NCBI GenBank assembly: GCA_043809585.1
Contig: JBDROZ010000022.1
Location: 1-64,000, forward strand
From: Candidatus Eiseniibacteriota bacterium
GTDB lineage: Bacteria > Orphanbacterota > Orphanbacteria > Orphanbacterales > Orphanbacteraceae
DNA length: 64,000 nt
Direction of reading: 5' to 3'
The notes under the pieces: generated by a model
What the model saw: only the letters and a program-made list of their open reading frames with translations
The model's database searches: none
Told to the model about the DNA's origin: nothing
Made by a program: the position numbers and the translations under genes
Part shown: positions 60,292 to 64,000 of the stretch, in pieces
How positions within the stretch are numbered: the first letter of the stretch is position 1
How the letters are laid out: every line of letters starts with the position of its first letter

Positions 60292-61407
60292 TTGCCGACC
60301 AAGAAGAAGAAGAAGGCGAAGACGAACGCCGGAGTCGCCGGCAAGATCGTCACCGAGGCGAAGGGCGTGGAGACCCACATCTCGCGGGGGAAGAAGCCAT
60401 CCCTCCGCTTTCCGATCCGCTCGCTCCAAAACGTGAGCTACCAGCCGAAGAAGGGATTCTTCGAGATCAAGGGGCTGACGAAGGAGCGGACCCTGACGGT
60501 GAACACGGTGAAGACCTTCGCCCAGACGCTCCGCATGATGGCCCTCTCGAAGGAACTGATCGAGACGGATGACATCGCGACGAAGCGGGAAGCGTACTAC
60601 GTCTCGAAGAACTGGGGGGACGCGCGGTTCGCGGAGCAGCCCGAGTCGGACACGGTGATCGAGGACGTGGAGGCCCTCTTTCGGGTGAACCGGGAGCAGC
60701 TCGGGTTCGTGCCGGAGGAGAAGGGGGGGGACGTGGCGGGGGACCTGGTCGTGATCGACGTGGACGGCGACACGGGAGAGGATCTCAAGATCGACTGCCG
60801 CAGATTCGGCTCCGGCGCCTACTCGATTCCGATCTCCGTGGAGCACCTCCGGTTCGAGACGAAGGCGAAGTTCGTGCTCGTCATCGAGACGGCGGGCATG
60901 TTCCAGCGGCTCGTGAAGCACAACTACTGGAAAAAGGCCCAGTGCATCCTGGTCTCCATGGGGGGCGTGCCGACCCGGGCCTGCCGGCGGTTCATCCGGC
61001 GCCTCGCGGACACGAAGAAGCTGCCGGTCTACGTCTTCGTCGACGGCGACCCGTACGGGATCACGAACATCTACCGGACCCTGAAGGTGGGCTCGGGAAA
61101 CGCGGCGCACATGAACGAGTTCTTCTGCGTCCCCCAGGCCCACTTCCTCGGCATCACGCCCCAGGACATCATCGACTACAAACTCCCGACCCATCCGCTG
61201 AAGGACGTGGACATCAAGCGGGCGAAGGACGCGCTGAAGAACGACCCCTTCGTGCTCCATCACAAGCTGTGGCAGAAGGCGATCCAGCAGATGGTGAAGA
61301 TGGGCGTCCGCGCCGAGCAGCAGGCCCTCGCCAAGCACGGTCTGAACTACGTCATCGACGAGTACCTCCCCCAGAAGATCAAGCACCCGGAGCGGTTCTT
61401 GCCGTAG
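60292..61407 (+). CDS. top6A: DNA topoisomerase VI subunit A (Spo11-like)
   Basis: TKREAYY catalytic-Tyr region, TOPRIM (VIE, DGDPYG), GVPTRACRRF and AEQQAL. TTG start after an AAGGAG SD. Confidence 0.95.
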   Translation: MPTKKKKKAKTNAGVAGKIVTEAKGVETHISRGKKPSLRFPIRSLQNVSYQPKKGFFEIKGLTKERTLTVNTVKTFAQTLRMMALSKELIETDDIATKREAYYVSKNWGDARFAEQPESDTVIEDVEALFRVNREQLGFVPEEKGGDVAGDLVVIDVDGDTGEDLKIDCRRFGSGAYSIPISVEHLRFETKAKFVLVIETAGMFQRLVKHNYWKKAQCILVSMGGVPTRACRRFIRRLADTKKLPVYVFVDGDPYGITNIYRTLKVGSGNAAHMNEFFCVPQAHFLGITPQDIIDYKLPTHPLKDVDIKRAKDALKNDPFVLHHKLWQKAIQQMVKMGVRAEQQALAKHGLNYVIDEYLPQKIKHPERFLP

Positions 61408-61586
61408 GGGGAGGGCGGGGCGGTGGCTCGAGAGGCGTCAGTCCCCCACCCACTCCGAATCCGCATCGTCGGAGAGGTCCGGAATGACCCCTTTCCGAAG
61501 ACAGAAATCTTGGGTATATTTCTCTCACGCGGGCCCTTAGGGGCTCGATTGCTAACCGACGTTTTTACAAGGAGTTTCCGGATTCC

Positions 61587-62480
61587 ATGTTCCGAAGGCC
61601 TTCCATCTTCCCCCTGTTTCTCCTCCTCGCGGGGCTTCTCCTCAGCTCCTGCGACAACGGGATCGAGGTGGTCGATGTCAACGCGACACCGCCGGCCGTC
61701 CAGGGAGTCCGGATCGGGACGGGGCCGGGAGTGCTCACCCTTCACTGGAACTTCCTCGACGAAGTGAGCCCCCAGCTCACGTTCTCGGGCTACTTGGTCT
61801 ACATGACGCGCGAAGACTTCACCGGGAACGACGCGGGCTTCCAGGTGTGGAGGTCCTTCATCACCCGGGCGGGAAGCGGATCCTATCTGCCCTTGCTGAA
61901 GAGGACGAACTCCCTCTCCGACGACCACATGGAAGTGGAGGTGGTGGGGCTCCAAAGCGGGAAGCTCCACAAGTTCTACGTCGTGGGCGTGCAGAACGGC
62001 CACGACGGGCCGGCGTCGAGCGAAGTGAGCGACGTCCCCTTCGCCCGAAAGCCGGAGATCCGAATCCGCGAAGAGAAACGGGACATCCCCGACTGGTACA
62101 TCGTCGGCTACGGGAATGCCGATCTTCGAGACCCCGCCCCCGACCGGGTCGGCTACCGCTACGAGCCGTTCCTCAAGGAACATTACCTCCGCTGGCAGTC
62201 GATCGAGGACGGCGGCTGGCTCCGCATCCGGAAGGGGGGACCGAACGCGGCGAAGGAAGACGCCCCGGAAGACGGCTACATCGACTCGCCGGCGGCGAAC
62301 CGCATCGAAATCGACGAGGGGGACCACATCTTCGTCTGGAACACCAACGGCACGCCGGAGAACCCGGGAGACGACCACTACTCCCGCATCCTGATCGAGA
62401 ACATCGTCGAGATCCAGGACCACAGGGCCCTCATCATCGAATGCGACTACCAGCCCCGTCCGAACACGCCGAATTTGTAA
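61587..62480 (+). CDS. Hypothetical lipoprotein (fibronectin-III-like N-terminal part)
   Basis: Lipobox LLSSC. PPAVQGV...LHW...GYLVY and GLQSGKLHKFYV. Confidence 0.7.
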   Translation: MFRRPSIFPLFLLLAGLLLSSCDNGIEVVDVNATPPAVQGVRIGTGPGVLTLHWNFLDEVSPQLTFSGYLVYMTREDFTGNDAGFQVWRSFITRAGSGSYLPLLKRTNSLSDDHMEVEVVGLQSGKLHKFYVVGVQNGHDGPASSEVSDVPFARKPEIRIREEKRDIPDWYIVGYGNADLRDPAPDRVGYRYEPFLKEHYLRWQSIEDGGWLRIRKGGPNAAKEDAPEDGYIDSPAANRIEIDEGDHIFVWNTNGTPENPGDDHYSRILIENIVEIQDHRALIIECDYQPRPNTPNL

Positions 62481-62567
62481 CCGCCCGCCGATTCTCGAAT
62501 GGCCCTGCTGCGGCCCGCGGAAAACGTGTACGATTACGAAGCGGATCTCGAAACGACAGAGGGTTCC

Positions 62568-63803
62568 ATGTACGACGTGCAGGCGATCCGGCGGCGGTTT
62601 CCCGCGTTCCGGGAGAAGCGGGAGGGCCCGCCGCTCATCTATCTCGACAACGCCTCCACCTCCCAGAAACCGGACGAGGTGATCGAGGCGGTCGCCGGCT
62701 TCTACCGCCGCGGGTGCGGCAACGTCCACCGGGGGGCCCACGCCCTGACGAGCGAGGCGACCCGCCTTTACGAGGAAGCCCGGGACGTGGTCGCCCGATT
62801 CCTCGGCGCCGCCGACCCCCGGGAGATCGTCTTCACCCGGAACGCCACCGAGGCGATCCACCTCGTCGCCTATTCATGGGCGTGGGAGAACGTCGGCGAG
62901 GGGGACGAGATCGTCCTCTCCGAGATGGAGCACACCTCGAACCTGACGCCCTGGCAGTTCCTCGCCAAGGAGAAGAACGCCCGGCTGAGATTCCTCGGCC
63001 TCGGCCCGGACGAGCACCTCGAGGCCGGGGGCCTCGAACGGCTCCTCACGGACCGCACGAAGCTCGTCTCCCTCATCCACGTCTCCAACTCGATCGGCGT
63101 GATCAACCCGGTCCGGGACCTCGCCGCCGCCGCCCGGGCGCGGGGCGTCCCCGTCATGATCGACGGCGCCCAGTCGGCCCCCCACATCCCGGTGGACGTC
63201 GCGGAAATGGGCTGCGACTTCTTCGTCTTCTCCGGGCACAAGATGCTCGGCCCCACCGGCGCCGGCGTCCTCTGGGGGCGCCGGCCGATCCTCGAGTCGA
63301 TGCGCCCCTTCCTCGGCGGCGGCGGCACCGTGCGGGACGCGGGGAGGCTGGGCTCGACCTTCAACGAGGCGCCGTGGAAACTCGAGGCGGGAACGCCGAG
63401 CGTGGCGGACGTGGTCGGCCTCGCCGCCGCGATCCGCTTCCTCGAAGAGATCGGGATGGAAGAGATCGCCGCCTACGAGAAGGTCCTCACCGGGATGGCG
63501 CTTCGCGCGCTCGAGGGCGTTCCCGGCCTCACCCTCTACGGCCCCGAATCGGCCGAACAGAGGACCGGCGTCCTCTCGTTCACCCTGGCCGGCGTCCCCC
63601 CCCTCCCCCTCGCCCGATTCCTTGACGAGCGGGGCGTGGCGATCCGGGCGGGGGACCACTGCACCCAGCTCCTGCTCCGATCGATGGGCGTCGCCGCCAC
63701 CGCCCGGGCCTCTCTCTACCTTTACAACACGGAAGAAGAGATCGACCGCTTCGCTCGGTTCCTGGCCGAAGCGGCCGCCCTCCCCCGCTCCGCCTGGCGC
63801 TGA
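62568..63803 (+). CDS. SufS/CsdA-family cysteine desulfurase
   Basis: YLDNASTSQKP, FTRNATEA, DGAQS, SGHKMLGPTG, EAGTP and RAGDHC. Confidence 0.9.
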   Translation: MYDVQAIRRRFPAFREKREGPPLIYLDNASTSQKPDEVIEAVAGFYRRGCGNVHRGAHALTSEATRLYEEARDVVARFLGAADPREIVFTRNATEAIHLVAYSWAWENVGEGDEIVLSEMEHTSNLTPWQFLAKEKNARLRFLGLGPDEHLEAGGLERLLTDRTKLVSLIHVSNSIGVINPVRDLAAAARARGVPVMIDGAQSAPHIPVDVAEMGCDFFVFSGHKMLGPTGAGVLWGRRPILESMRPFLGGGGTVRDAGRLGSTFNEAPWKLEAGTPSVADVVGLAAAIRFLEEIGMEEIAAYEKVLTGMALRALEGVPGLTLYGPESAEQRTGVLSFTLAGVPPLPLARFLDERGVAIRAGDHCTQLLLRSMGVAATARASLYLYNTEEEIDRFARFLAEAAALPRSAWR

Positions 63804-63819
63804 GCCGGCGCGGCGGCGG

Positions 63820-63846
63820 TGAACCCGGAGGGACCCGGCGCGTTAT
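63820..63846 (+). promoter_or_regulatory. Possible ECF-sigma promoter
   Basis: TGAAC-N16-CGTTA upstream of a secreted-protein gene. Confidence 0.4.
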
Positions 63847-63904
63847 GGAATCGGAGGGCCGCCGGAAGCCGAAAAACCCGGCGGGGCCCCCGGAGGTGCA
63901 TGTC

Positions 63905-64000
63905 ATGAAATACCGTTGGTTCCTTCTTCCCGCGGCGGCCGCGCTCGGCATCGCCGCCCTCGCGGCCCCCGACCGGGACGTCCGGGGGGCGGAGCATCCC
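63905..64000 (+). CDS. Secreted protein, N-terminus only (runs off the window)
   Basis: GGAGG SD. MKYRWFLLPAAAALGIAALAA signal peptide. Confidence 0.6.
   Translation, partial: MKYRWFLLPAAAALGIAALAAPDRDVRGAEHP

Overview
High-GC bacterial chromosomal window, almost fully coding (about 44 genes). I found no rRNA, tRNA, CRISPR array or transposase. The secreted proteins end in FlgD-Ig or 'STWGSVKGLFR' tails, which suggests an FCB-associated candidate phylum (Eisenbacteria/Krumholzibacteriota-like; inference only). Housekeeping genes: clpB, cca, long-form ispG, trmJ-like, pepT, a giant GreA fusion, ftcd, pdxST with a MocR regulator, mutY, an RluA-family synthase, a GGQ ribosome-rescue factor and a SufS-like desulfurase. 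Also present: a Wzx/Wzy polysaccharide locus, two hybrid kinases, secreted proteins, an M1 peptidase broken at a G9 tract, and an archaeal-type topoisomerase VI operon (top6B-top6A). The most striking signal is non-coding: a dispersed family of 180-247 bp rod-shaped palindromic elements (11468-11714, 13797-14043, 19873-20052, 35933-36118, a half copy at 35830-35921, possibly 1-141). Their stems change sequence between copies but keep pairing, while short internal-loop motifs stay conserved. Each full copy starts exactly at the TAG stop codon of an adjacent gene, in the same relative orientation.
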